A stretch of DNA of 63,867 nt, counting the filler, from Octopus bimaculoides (lineage: Eukaryota): the NCBI RefSeq assembly GCF_001194135.2. It is 5 parts of 5 records of this genome, joined end to end, with 100 filler letters (N's around TTAATTAATTAA, not from the genome) between each part and the next. Parts side by side here need not be neighbours in the genome. Positions count along the whole stretch, not along the records: positions 22,892 to 43,369 come from NC_068998.1; 4 more parts are not named here. One strand, given 5' to 3'. The notes under the pieces were generated by a model that saw nothing but the letters and a program-made list of their open reading frames with translations, was not told the origin of the DNA and searched no databases. Below are positions 23,217 through 35,900 of the stretch, in pieces (the stretch's first letter is position 1; each line of letters starts with the position of its first letter). Position numbers and translations under genes: made by a program.

Positions 23217-23799
23217 AGATGCTTTTTTCTCTACTATACTACCAACTATATAAAGAGCACGCAAACAAGTTGAGAATTAGATAAATGTAATTTCTGTAGT
23301 CAAAACTGTCTTCCAAAACTTCTATTTTCAAAAGAATTTCTGGAAGACAAAAATTTCTTTTTCAAAGAGAAAATAAGAATAAAAATGAAATAAGATAAAA
23401 CGCACAGACGCGCCCGCACGCACACGCATACACACAAACACACACAAACACGCCCACAAGCTCGTACGCGCGCGCAACCGATTTGGAAATTGTTTGAAAT
23501 TGATGATGATGAAAATGGTGATGATGATGATGATCATAAAGATGGTGGTAGTAATGATGATGATGATGATGGTGGTAGAAGTGGTGATGACAACGATGAC
23601 AATGAAAATATGGAGAGATACTTGCACACATACACACAGAATAATAATACTGTAGGATTTTCCAATATCCAATTGTGTGCAGTTTCCAAACAAGGTTAAG
23701 AGTAATCGATATACATCTATAACATCCATAATATTATTGATAATTCATAATTGAATGATTTTTTTTGTACAATAACGTTTTCTCCGAGTTACATATTAA

Positions 23800-23854
<55 letters not shown>

Positions 23855-24362
23855 CATGTATAGAAATATCTATATAAATATTATATACATACATGTATAT
23901 ACATATATAAATATATATATATTCATATATATATAAATATGTATATANNNNNNNNNNNNNNNNNNNNNNNNNNNNNNNNNNNNNNNNNNNNNNNNNNNNN
24001 NNNNNNNNNNNNNNNNNNNNNNNNNNNNNNNNNNNNNNNNNNNNNNNNNNNNNNNNNNNNNNNNNNNNNNNNNNNNNNNNNNNNNNNNNNNNNNNNNNNN
24101 NNNNNNNNNNNNNNNNNNNNNNNNNNNNNNNNNNNNNNNNNNNNNNNNNNNNNNNNNNNNNNNNNNNNNNNNNNNNNNNNNNNNNNNNNNNNNNNNNNNN
24201 NNNNNNNNNNNNNNNNNNNNNNNNNNNNNNNNNNNNNNNNNNNNNNNNNNNNNNNNNNNNNNNNNNNNNNNNNNNNNNNNNNNNNNNNNNNNNNNNNNNN
24301 NNNNNNNNNNNNNNNNNNNNNNNNNNNNNNNNNNNNNNNNNNNNNNNNNNNNNNNNNNNNNN

Positions 24363-24439
<77 letters not shown>

Positions 24440-27399
24440 TAGGTACACACACTCAAGTGAGTGGACATGTGAAAAAAGTGGCATTCCACACATTTCAAGG
24501 GCGACGTGAATCGGTTGTAGTTACTATGGCCAGCAGGTATTATATACTCTGCCCTTGTGTATGGGTCATCAGAGGTACGCCATGTTTATGAACTTCGAGG
24601 ATCGGGGTGCAGATGTCCCGGATATACCATTCTAGGCCTAGCTCAGATCTGTCCTGGAACTGACCTTCGTCGTAGTTCTTGAAATTAAGCCATGAAACTA
24701 GTAGCACCGGGTTGGAAGCCCAGCTGCAATACATGTAATGATAAAATGATTTTCTACCTTGAGCTGGGAATCAGTTGACAACCGAAGAAGCAATAACATC
24801 AAACTCCTGTACCCACTGTATCAAGAACCATTTTCTCAAGTGTAGGATTGTTTCAATAAACTATAAGTACCACATAATTTTTCCAAGAAGCAAACAGCAG
24901 CAAAAAATGTTTAAATCCTCAAACATTTGCTGATATGTTTCTTGTAGTTCAGTTTTTTTTTATGTCTGAACTATTTTATTATTTGCCTCAAACATCATAA
25001 ATAGAACGCATCATTGACAACACAAGTAGATTCCCCGAAGACATGTTGCTCAATTCTTTGTAATATTTCTGTAATGGAATGGTTTTTCAATGCAAATGAC
25101 AGGCTGGCATATATAATCAACTACTTTGCCTTCTTATGTTCTCCGAGAAGCAGAACACCAATTACTACAACGAGCGTGGTGGTGGTGGTGGTGGTTATAG
25201 TGGTAATGATGAGGAGGATGATGATGAGGAGGATGGCAACAATAAAACCGGTAATCGTGATGATTAAAATGAGCAAAAATGACAAAAAAATAATGCATAA
25301 AAAATTACATTAATACAACTGCAAAGAAAAAAAAATAGATTAAAAACGTTAAAATAAAATGAATAATTTAATATATAACAATAAAATAAATTGTTGCTTT
25401 CATGTTTACATATGTAAGACACAGCAGAAGAACAATTAGCTGCTTACAAGAAAACCAACCATAAAGATTCAGTGCTGTAATTTCTTCGTGACAAATGTGC
25501 AATGATATGGATAGAATACATGAAAAGACAAGATACTTCATTAATTACAAGACTAGAATGGCAAATGACGCTTACAGTTGTAGTTTAAAAAGTGAATATC
25601 ATATGAAGATTTATTGATGAAAGAAAACCGAATTCTCAAAGTATCGATGTGCTGACGGCGATATGAACTCACTGCGCAGTGGTAAGTCCACTGTTTTATA
25701 TTTATGAAATTTTTGCTAGCATTTAAGCTACTCCGAGACATTTCCATGCCCAAAATGATTCAAGAAAGATGAAAATACATTCTACTTATTTGTTATAGTA
25801 TCTTTTGGCGTAGGAATATGGTTGATGGGGGTGGAACCCATTCCTCGCTCCTCGTTGCTTTTCATACCGACCACTTCAAAATTTCTAAAAGTTCTGTGTA
25901 ATTTCATTTTTGTTAATTTCATTCATTTAGTCCCGAGACCCTTTGTTTGTCCTGTACTGTTCCCTCTGTGTTTAACTCTATTTAGTTTGGGAAAATAAAT
26001 TTGTTATAGTAACTATCTTGGACAATAAGATTGAATTTGTGATATTTCAGTTACTTTTACTATAATTAGTGCCTCGAGATAAAATAGTGGTGCTGGTGCA
26101 CTACCATATCACAGCTAAGTGGTTCGCTCTTGGAACATTTCACTTTTCACAAAAACAATCCCATCTTTTATACATTCACTTCAGCTTGACACACACAATC
26201 ATGTGAAATTCACTTTCTGTCGATTAAAAATAACGCATAGAGACTGATTAGGATACCAAATGGTAGTAAAATATTGACGGAAAATGAAGATATGCAGCAA
26301 TTCAAAGTATATAACCTGTTTGTGGTCCATTGGCTTTGAAATGTTATTTGGAAAGACATACTAAATACATTTGAGATGAGATCAGATTCATTTCTTGCCC
26401 AAAAAATTATTCAGAATGTAAAATTAGTTTTTACCATCCCTTGCCGATTCGATGTTTAGTTCCGAATCTGTGGTCAAAAGCATTCCACCCAAGACTCTCC
26501 TGACCATTTGTAGCAGATTATATCTTTCAATCTATCCTTCTGTAAGACAGTAAGATGAGATTTAGCTGCTATTTTTAGTAGACCATCTGAATTATTTTCA
26601 AAGTTCAAATACTCATTTCCTGAGTACAACTGTAATGAGAATGAGTTTTTTTTCTGTTTATTTCTATTCTTACATGGCTCGAAATGAAGATCGGTGTCCA
26701 TGACTTTTTAGAGGTACCCATAACTCTTTACTGATTAGCTGGAGGTAGGAGGCATTTTATCCTCAGATTGGAAACTTGACCCTAATGTTTGGAACAGAAG
26801 AAAGCCTATTAAATGCAACAAAGAGACAGAAGTTAGTGTTAAACAGCGTAACTCTACTCAGCAGATAAGATGACTACTACATGGCGTAGTATTGTCATTG
26901 AAGTTCGTTACTGTTGAATTAAGGATTGAAAGATATATTATTCGTCTTTCATACTTTGATATCTAACAATGTACTCCAATTGAACAATTTCTTTTCAAGC
27001 TCTCTTTATTCAATGGCTCCTCAATGTATGCTTCATAGAATATTCTACACAAATAACATTAGTGTCGGGCATTCAGTACCTATAATATCCAAACTTTCAT
27101 TATCCGTGTATTGACAGCAACACAATTGGCATTGAAAACCGCTGATCGTGAGGATGTCTTCACTAGAACACAATGGCTGCCTTTCTAAGCTCAGCAGATA
27201 ACATAGTTTAGCACGTTCCCTCACTTAAAGCTACAAGGCTAAGATAATTGTCAGCCCTATACATGTAGTCTTACTGTTAGCGGGTCACTTTAGTAATCTC
27301 CTTACCTATATTACTTGTCATTTTACTTCAGTCCGATTTTAGTTGTATTTTCCTTCAAAACAACCAATCTTCTTGCTTATCTTTTATTTATTCATTTTA

Positions 27400-27705
27400 T
27401 TATTGTTATTATTGAGTGAGTGAGTAAGTGAGAGAGCAGTGCACGCCATCAAAGTGACACTAGGGTAAAATATACGACGTTCAGTATACCCATCATGATT
27501 ACCCGTCTGATAAGAGTACACCATACACATGCATCACAACAATACGAGGGGTGTTTGAAAAGTTTTGAGCCTTGGAGTCTTGTACCTTCATCAGAAGTCT
27601 TGTACCATGTTTTGCTTTTTGAGACTCAACACTTTTCAGACACGCCTCGTATGTGTGCAACGTGGTGATCCCATATCAAGATTAACAGCGCATGACCGTC
27701 CCGGA
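27400..27705 (-). mobile_element. Retroposon 3' end with (AAT)n tail, interrupted by a MITE
   Basis: TTATTATT tail followed by GAGAGCAGTGCACGCCATCAAAGTGACAC...CATGCATCACAAC[MITE]TGTGTGC...CATATCAAGAT..ACAGCGCATGACC. Confidence 0.6.
27545..27649. mobile_element. 105-bp mariner (irritans-type) MITE
   Basis: CGAGGGGTGTTTGAAAAGTTTTGAG pairs with CTCAACACTTTTCAGACACGCCTCG at the other end; TA at 27543-44 and 27650-51. Confidence 0.88.
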
Positions 27706-27754
27706 ATACTGCTGTCACTAAACAAACGATGATATTGACTCTAATGTTTCATAT

Positions 27755-27972
27755 TCTTTTGTACTCTAGGTACAAGGCCCAAAATTTTGGGGGAAGTGGG
27801 GGCCAGTCGATTAGATCGACCCCAGTGCGTAACTGATACTTAATTTATCGACCACGATAGGATGAAAGGCAAAGTCGACCTCGGCGGAATTTCAACTCAG
27901 AACGTAAAGACAGACGAAATACCGCTAAGCATTTCGCTCGCCGTGTTAACGTTTCTGCCAGCTCGCCGCCTT
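27755..27972 (-). mobile_element. Family B SINE
   Basis: Reverse complement of the 14891 family: head GGCGGCGAGCTGGCAGAAACGTTAAC, tail GCCTTGTACCTAGAGTACAAAAGAAT. Confidence 0.9.
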
Positions 27973-28587
27973 TACAATATTTGATATTGCTGAAACTATG
28001 GTCATCATTAAAGAGTCGAATTTTTAAATTCCTTTCTTATTACACTTTTCTTCATTCGATTCTTCATGATGAGAAAGAAAGTAATTTTTAGCCGAAGTTT
28101 CAGCCTAGATGTCTTCGAGGCTTCTTGAGATGCCGAAAGTAAATGCTTAGTGTTTAAATTATAGTTTTATTAGAAGATACTAATATACATACACGTACAT
28201 ACACGCACAAATGCACTCACAAAAAGAATCAGGCTTATTATTAGATTCAACCCCGTAATTATGGAAAATAGCCTGGAAATAACTTGTAATTGGTATATTA
28301 TTAACTTCAGAATTATCACAGCAAATTTGTATTATTTCAGATGAACTGACGGAATAATTTACAGAGAAATGTGTGTTTGTGAAATAGCTGAGTGAACGAG
28401 TGTTTTTGATCAGTTCAACATATCATCGTATCCCTTATGTTTCACTATGTTTACCAAGCGTTTAAAATTTAACTGTTATTACCAAACTGCATTAATCTAA
28501 TTTCCTTGATTAACCAATTGAAAGCTTTGACTGAACAACCAATCAAGAACCTAATGATGATAACCTGCTAAACGAGTCTTTATTTTT

Positions 28588-28900
28588 ATTATTACCTCCG
28601 CCTTAGAGAAGGCGGAAGTATTGCTTACAGTCGTGTTTGTTTGTTTGTTTGTCCGTGGACAAGATATCTCAAGAACCGCTGGATGGATTCGGGTGAAACT
28701 TTCAAGGATGTCTGGCCTCGTGACTGGTACGAACTGATTAGATTTTGGGATCGATTCGGTACCGGATAAGAATTCTGAATTATTTTTCCTGTTTTTTTCT
28801 TGATTTTTGAGAGCAGTCGGATTCATGAAGTGGAGGAATGAAAATAGACGTGAGATATGCAGGGATATTGTATCTGTAGATCCATTATTTAGGCAGAATG
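28588..28900 (+). mobile_element. Helentron-associated (HINE/DINE-like) non-autonomous element
   Basis: Starts in a T-rich site with hairpin TACCTCCGCCT-tagaga-AGGCGGAAGTA (10/11 paired), then a (GTTT)n microsatellite and GGATGGATTCGGGTGAAACTTTCA. Confidence 0.65.
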
Positions 28901-30182
28901 GTATACATATAAGATTCCAATACCTTGTGAGTAAGTTCCAATAGTATTTAAAATTGGTCATTCCAAGTATAGAGTTTGTACATAGTGTTATTGAATCGAG
29001 GGCTTATTTTATTTAAAGTGACTTAAAAGTTGGGTAAAAACATGAACATCGAATAAGAACAATCCAACATATCACGAAGAATTTAATAATGAGTTTGGTT
29101 CGAAATAATGAGTTAAGAAATGGTATAAAAAAATCACAAGGCAGTTTCTTAGATAAAATTTCATATTTGGTGTCTGTTAGAAGTGTCAGCCTTGGCTTAA
29201 AAGCTATCCTACGTATTGTTTCAGGACTTTGTGAAGATCCATTTGTATTACTGACGTAAATGTTACTGAAAAACTATAGTTGGTAGTGTTATCGTTGATG
29301 TTGTTTCTTGCTCTCATTAACCTAATCAGAAGCGCCTAAAAAATTAACTCGAATATGGTAGAACTAGAAGCGAAATAAAATCTCTCTCAAGCTGTACTAC
29401 CGCATATTATAGAAAGGAAAGACGTTCATTGTATAAATTAATCTTAGACCACCCCGTTGTCTGCAAAACCCCTGGAGACCACGAGTTTGGTTGAAACCTT
29501 GTTGAGCAGATTTTTCAAAACATGAGGTCTGTAACAAGATTAAAATAAAAGGAAACATTGGTTAAACAAATTGGAGTGGCAGTCACTGTTCTAAATAACC
29601 TATGACGATAACTGGATGGCCATAACTAAAACGGTTTTGGTTATGGGCGTGTTCCACCAGGGTTGGTTTCGGAATTTTTTGGTTCCAGTAATTTGTAATG
29701 AGAAAAAAAAAAACATCTCGCTGAACGAAGATAGTTTTGTGTAAGGAAAATTACTTTCGACACCGTTACTTGCAGCGATCAACTTTTAAATCCCATTGTT
29801 GGTTGCATTCTTATGCATCGGTTGTGAAATGCATAAGAATGCAACAGAATAACAGTACTTTTGTCACCTTTAAAAGAGGGAAGCAGATAAATCTGTTCGT
29901 GTACATCTGTGTATTACTTTATGTGAGTGGTCATTTACTTACAAAAAGTTGTTATTTCATAAAAAAAATCTAACTAATAGCCAGTTACTCAACTATGTAC
30001 TGGGGGCATACATTTACAATTATCGTTCTTTACTAGTTCAGAAAAGATTATTAGTGAGGATGTCCAAACATTTAGAATAGCTGATAGTTAACGTGTTTTA
30101 GTTATATAACTATACAATTCAAACAATTCTTTTTACTGTAGAAGTAACACCATATGACAAAAGTAACAAATGTTCAGCGAAG

Positions 30183-30250
30183 GTGACGACGATGATGATG
30201 ACGATGATGACGATGATGTTGACAACGACGACAACAACAACAATGATGAC
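30183..30250 (+). repeat. (GAT/GAC/AAC)n trinucleotide low-complexity tract
   Basis: Directly visible. Confidence 0.85.
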
Positions 30251-31614
30251 AACATAAGAGAAGGCAGAAGCGGGGAGAATCAACACTACAACTTTATTTT
30301 AGATAAACTTTTTCGATTCTAAGCAAAAGTCAAATCAGTTTACATCTAAAAGAAAAAAGAAAAAAGAACAGGTCTTAAAAACTGCTATCATACAACAATG
30401 GAACAAATGCAATGGAATATAAGAAAAAGAATTATAACAACGACAGAAAAGAAAGAAGAAATTGTAAGAGGAAAGATGATATTTCTCTTGCAGCATGAAA
30501 GAATAAAAGAATAAGAATGAACAGATGTGTGTTTGTGAAATAGGGAATATATTTGTTGTTGGAGAATTCTGCATTTTTTTTTTTTTTATGCTCTTTTATA
30601 AAGTGAAGTGGTGGAGAGGGCGATTTTGCTAACCAAAACTTCACAGAAAAATTAGAGTTAGACAATCAGCTNNNNNNNNNNNNNNNNNNNNNNNNNNNNN
30701 NNNNNNNNNNNNNNNNNNNNNNNNNNNNNNNNNNNNNNNNNNNNNNNNNNNNNNNNNNNNNNNNNNNNNNNNNNNNNNNNNNNNNNNNNNNNNNNNNNNN
30801 NNNNNNNNNNNNNNNNNNNNNNNNNNNNNNNNNNNNNNNNNNNNNNNNNNNNNNNNNNNNNNNNNNNNNNNNNNNNNNNNNNNNNNNNNNNNNNNNNNNN
30901 NNNNNNNNNNNNNNNNNNNNNNNNNNNNNNNNNNNNNNNNNNNNNNNNNNNNNNNNNNNNNNNNNNNNNNNNNGAGTGCAAACAAAATAATAGTCGAAAT
31001 AAAAGGTTGAGTTTATTACTGTCAGTTACAAGGCACATGCCTTCTCTTCGTTGTTCACACTTTATTGTGTGACTTCACAAAAGACTAGAATCGTGAATCA
31101 TTCCTAAATAACTCGGCTGTTTACTCACATTTATGACATCTATGAATTTGATGAATTCAAATACTGACAAATATTAAATGTACACACAGAGAAGTGCAAC
31201 TTGCTGCAATAACAGTTCAACAGCGCAACTGCAATACTTAAATATTAAACTCCAAAACCTATCAGACAAAATACCAATTGACTATGCTAATGATTGACAG
31301 CTTGCAATATGGACCACTGAGGTGTTCTTTCTTAGACTCTGACCATTTTCTAAAAATATTTTATGGCTAATGTATTTGTCAAAGCATTGATCAGTGGATG
31401 GCTTTTAGATATTTATTGTATCACTATCAGGTTGTCCGGAAAGTTCTTAGAATTTTTAAGCGCAGTAAACGATAAGAAGTTTTAAACATATTCTCATCAT
31501 GTTTAAATTTTGAACTCACTATGTATATATTTTGCAAACCATCTTTGAACATCTGATTCACCTACGGCATCTTCATCCTAAACTCTGCAAAGGATTTTCC
31601 ACGCTTCCGCAGCA

Positions 31615-31820
31615 TAAAAGTATTCCCTCACTATATCGCGATTCACCTATCGCGGTTCACCTATCCCGATTCACCTATCGCGGTTAATTATTTTAAGCTT
31701 ACGTCGATTCCTCTGTAGTGTTGTTATGCATTTATAATAAAATAAATATATACAAATCATAAATATAATAAAAAATATAATACAGTACTGTACTGTTTCT
31801 ACTTCGCGGATTTTCACCTA
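31615..31820. mobile_element. Tigger/pogo-like MITE fragment with 14-bp tandem unit
   Basis: AGTATTCCCTCACTATATCGCG start, units G(A/G)TTCACCTATC(G/C)C at 31640-31681, and a further TTCGCGGATTTTCACCTA at about 31803. Confidence 0.45.
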
Positions 31821-32503
31821 GAGTAGAATTAAAAGTCCAGTTTACAAACACATGGTTCAGAGTTTCCATCCTTACTCAAAAGAGTCCTAGCACAGCCTCA
31901 CGGCAAATCTTAAACCTTACAAGTTAAAAAGGTGGGTGGGGGGGGGACAACATTTATATAGCAGCCTTTTAAATTGACTATTTTCGACGGTAAACTTGGT
32001 TGCATGCTTGTTCCAACAAGAACTGACAGGTAAATGACATTAGCAGAATTCAATCTATCTGTGGCGTACATTCAAACCAAGACTAGAGTCTGAAAATAAA
32101 TTTGACATCTACTTTATACTGGCTTCATTCAACCATTGAATGAAAGTTTCTCTCTAATTTTACTCAACACCAATCTCAGAGGCCCTACAAATACACGACA
32201 GGCGTTGTGCTAAGACTAAACTTTAACAAAACATTTTAATTTATCATTAGTGGCAAAAGTTCAACAATCAATGATATGATAATTTTGTAGCTGAAGCTAA
32301 AATTAAAACTAACACATCGAAATTTCTTTTATGTATTATTTCAATCCCGTTGTAAATTTATAGACTGCGAAAAATGTCATTAGAGAATTTATACATAATT
32401 TGCTTATATTCCTGTCAGCAGTATGTTAAATAATATGTATAATACATTTTGTTAGTTGACAATACATTTTTTTAATTTCGTGTACATTAACATTAATTAT
32501 GAA

Positions 32504-32609
<106 letters not shown>

Positions 32610-33877
32610 AATAATAAGAAAAGTAATGAAGGACAGTGATGTCATTTCAAATTCAAACTGAACCAGAACTCTTGGACTTGAATGAATTTCGAAGTGGCTA
32701 TTTGTAGTGCTGGAAGGATGAATGATAAAGCATGTAGATGTAGGAGCATCAACCACTTTGATACTTTCTGCACCCAAGAGAAGAAAACTATACAGCAGCA
32801 AACCCCACCACTACAACGTCAAAAGCATTTACAGTAACAGCAGTAGTAAAGCAGTAGAAGAATCCAGCAACACCAGTATAACCAATCAAAGAGCTGAAGG
32901 ACCCCCCCACCTCATACATCAGTTACCAGAAACAAAAGTAACTTAGGCACATATTTTCCTCTGCTCCTTATTCACCTTGTCTGTCTACATACTCACGAAT
33001 CTTTTACAAATATTTCGAATTAGGAAAAGAAAAGCGACAGCCACGTAAGCCTGAAATCGAGAATGTTTGAAAATGAAGAACAATTATCTGCACCCACCGA
33101 GGCAATAAGAAAATCTCAGAAAAATAAATAAATAAATGAAGACAAGCAACAAACTCAACCACTGCAAAATCAAAAAAGAAATACCACAAAAGCAACAAAG
33201 TGAAGAATCAGAAGCTTTCCACCAAACATAAAACAGAAAGAAAAGTAAACAGTAAAACCAATAAATCTATTAACACAACAAACACAAAAATCACCGCATA
33301 AAAAAAAGAAAAAGTATAAAAAAAAAACATCAATGCCAAGAATAACTACTCTTTCATCTTCCAAATGCCACTCACAAGGTTACGGTAGAAGACAGCACAT
33401 ACACAAGGTGTCGTGCAATGGAATTAAACCTAAAATCACCAGATAGCAAAGCAAACTTCTCCACCAGATGTTTAAATAGTTTCCTATTTCATATAGTGAA
33501 AGGATGCAGTTCTACAAGGAAACAATTGAGTAAATTTGTGAATATAAATTCCAGCTTCACATATACACACACGTTTACTGGAAACAACGACTCAGAAAAA
33601 TCCCTGCACGCACGTCAACATGGAAATTTTGTAAAACTAATTGTTCCTTGTGTAAATTGAAATCATTTGAATTTGTTTGGTAACGAATGTTTTCTATTTA
33701 CTAAACCCAGCAACTAATTTGCTTTAGTCAGAATATATCAATATTTTCGAAACATGAATATATTTTTGAAGTTATAACATTTTCTATGAAAACACACTAG
33801 AATTTACGTTAGATCTTCAAAAACATAATTACTAGTATGGTTTTAATTTAATGTTCTTTATACATACATATATATAC

Positions 33878-33911
<34 letters not shown>

Positions 33912-33943
33912 AATGCGTTGATCTCTTAGAGAGATTTTAGAAC

Positions 33944-33978
<35 letters not shown>

Positions 33979-35399
33979 ATACATGTATACAAAATTTCTG
34001 TTCTTTAAGCTAACAACTTGGCTTAGAAATAACTGAATGCTAAATGAATATAATTGTTTATTAAAAATCTATTCTGAATGATTCAAAATCAGTTCAAAAC
34101 ACAAAATTCTCGTGTGTACATCTAACTCAATACATTCTCGATTGTAAACATAATTAAATATCCAAAACCTGAAGTGTTTATCAGTCGTAAAGTTTATTGA
34201 GAACGGTTATAAAAGAAGAGATCAATTGGTGTATATAAAACTAACGAAGAAGAAAAATATGAACTTCTTATATTTGATGTCATTAATATGGTGTAAATGT
34301 TTCAGAAATCTCAGTACCACTGCAGTTATTTCAAAAGAACCAACTACATTAAAGATACAATGTTGAAGTACACGAACTGCGTAATATATCGACACTGAAA
34401 GCTATGCTTTATTGAGGAGTCATATTAAAATTTAAACACACCCGGCGTTGTCTCCCATATATCTCCAAATATGATCTAACATTGTCTTTTCTTCAGGGCA
34501 TATTTATATTTAATTAGTTTGTTGATGTTCTCGGTATAAAACGTGCTAACACTAACAACATTATGACGGAGGTATTCCTTTTAGAAACAGGTGTATATTT
34601 CTATGCCAACCCGTATACTTTATCACAGTTACCACTACTACAAGAACGGTGAAATCTATTTTTCAATGAAGTCGTAATAAGACCAAACATGTCACGAATT
34701 ATCTCCCGTGCTTGGTGAAGTAATATCATATTGATTATTGAGTAATGCTGTTTTTCGTCTTTTATTTTACCTTTGCTACACAATTATTTCCAGTGGGTTT
34801 TTTTTTAATTTTATATTCTCTAATATTAAAAGATTATCTGTTAGGTTGGCTACAATTGTTTAAGTCAATATATCGATTGAGAAAAAATATATATATAAAT
34901 CACAAAAAGAAAATTTTAAACATAGGAAGAGACCCAGAAATGTGAAATGTTTCTTTCTTAGGGAAAGAAAACTTAAAGGCCATGATTGCTTATTCAGATC
35001 AATTTCCAATGAAAATCATATACTTGCAATCGGGAATTAAAGTATTTCGATAACAGCAAGAATTACTGCTTCAAGAATTTTCTTTTTTAAACTCAAAAGT
35101 GTTGATATATTTTAGTAGGGATGTTAGTAATAGTCAAAAACAATTTAGTATTACCTCTCAGCACTAGATGTATAAGCATTTATAGGTCGGTTACAACAAC
35201 TGTAGATTATTGCTTCTTTAAAATATTTTGGCTTCATTAGAAGAATATGCTGTAAAAAAATCATTGCAACCCTGATTTGAAATCTTAACTCAAGAAAAGG
35301 TGCAAAAGTTCAGTCACCTAAGTCTACTAGGCTTTCAACAGGTACCTTCCATTTCATAGTTTGGTAACTCAAGATAACAGGGAATACTTGTTCCAATGA

Positions 35400-35900
35400 T
35401 CTGAAACCATCCAAATTTGCAAAGAGCCATCACACTCGTGCTGATAAGTAACACGGTACACTAAAGAATTCTCTGAAATCATGATATCACAAAATAGATC
35501 ACGATGAATTTGAAATTGCACATCTGAAGAAACCATTCATCTTTAAATTTGGTATATTCACTCCTCAAGGTATCAATAACAAGCTAAATTCCCTTTATTC
35601 TGCTCTTTCAAAACACACACATATACAACTAGACCCTCCTGTTTACACATAGGCATGCACACACTGACAAGCGCACACACCACACACACCGATTCCGCTG
35701 TTACTATTCTTGTTGTGTATGTTTGACATTTCAGTCAACCATTTACATATTTTCTTCTCTACTTTGAAACTCTGTTCAGCCAAACTACCTTTCTATTTCC
35801 AGCCTCCTTTATTACCGTAACTCTCTGGTAATAGTTCAGTTCTCTTCCGCAGTAAAGGGTCTGAGCTCGAAACATCAAAACTGTCCTCTGTTACGGACAT
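35400..35900 (+). mobile_element. Penelope-like remnant (GIY-YIG C-terminus and 3' region)
   Basis: FIFKFGIFTPQGINNKLN (35536-35589) resembles the LIFKLGTLxPxGIN end of Penelope GIY-YIG. A hammerhead-like GCTCGAAACATCAAAA lies about 280 bp downstream. Confidence 0.5.

Noticed and set aside
23328-23729. Poly-His, poly-Asp and poly-Ile ORFs
   Set aside because: Translations of a (GAT)n/(GGT)n tract.
25786-25893. Possible terminal coding exon on the minus strand
   Set aside because: Weak A-rich acceptor, unrecognised peptides, and no compatible upstream exon.
26116-26140. TATCACAGCT, matching the miR-2 family seed
   Set aside because: No complementary arm upstream or downstream, so no precursor hairpin.
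26230-26360. Minus-strand peptide ILLPFGILISLYALFL resembling GPCR TM5
   Set aside because: Short, bounded by stops, and no other transmembrane motifs in frame.
31640-31685. CRISPR-like or iteron-like short direct repeats
   Set aside because: Contiguous 14-bp tandem units without spacers, inside a eukaryotic MITE-like fragment.
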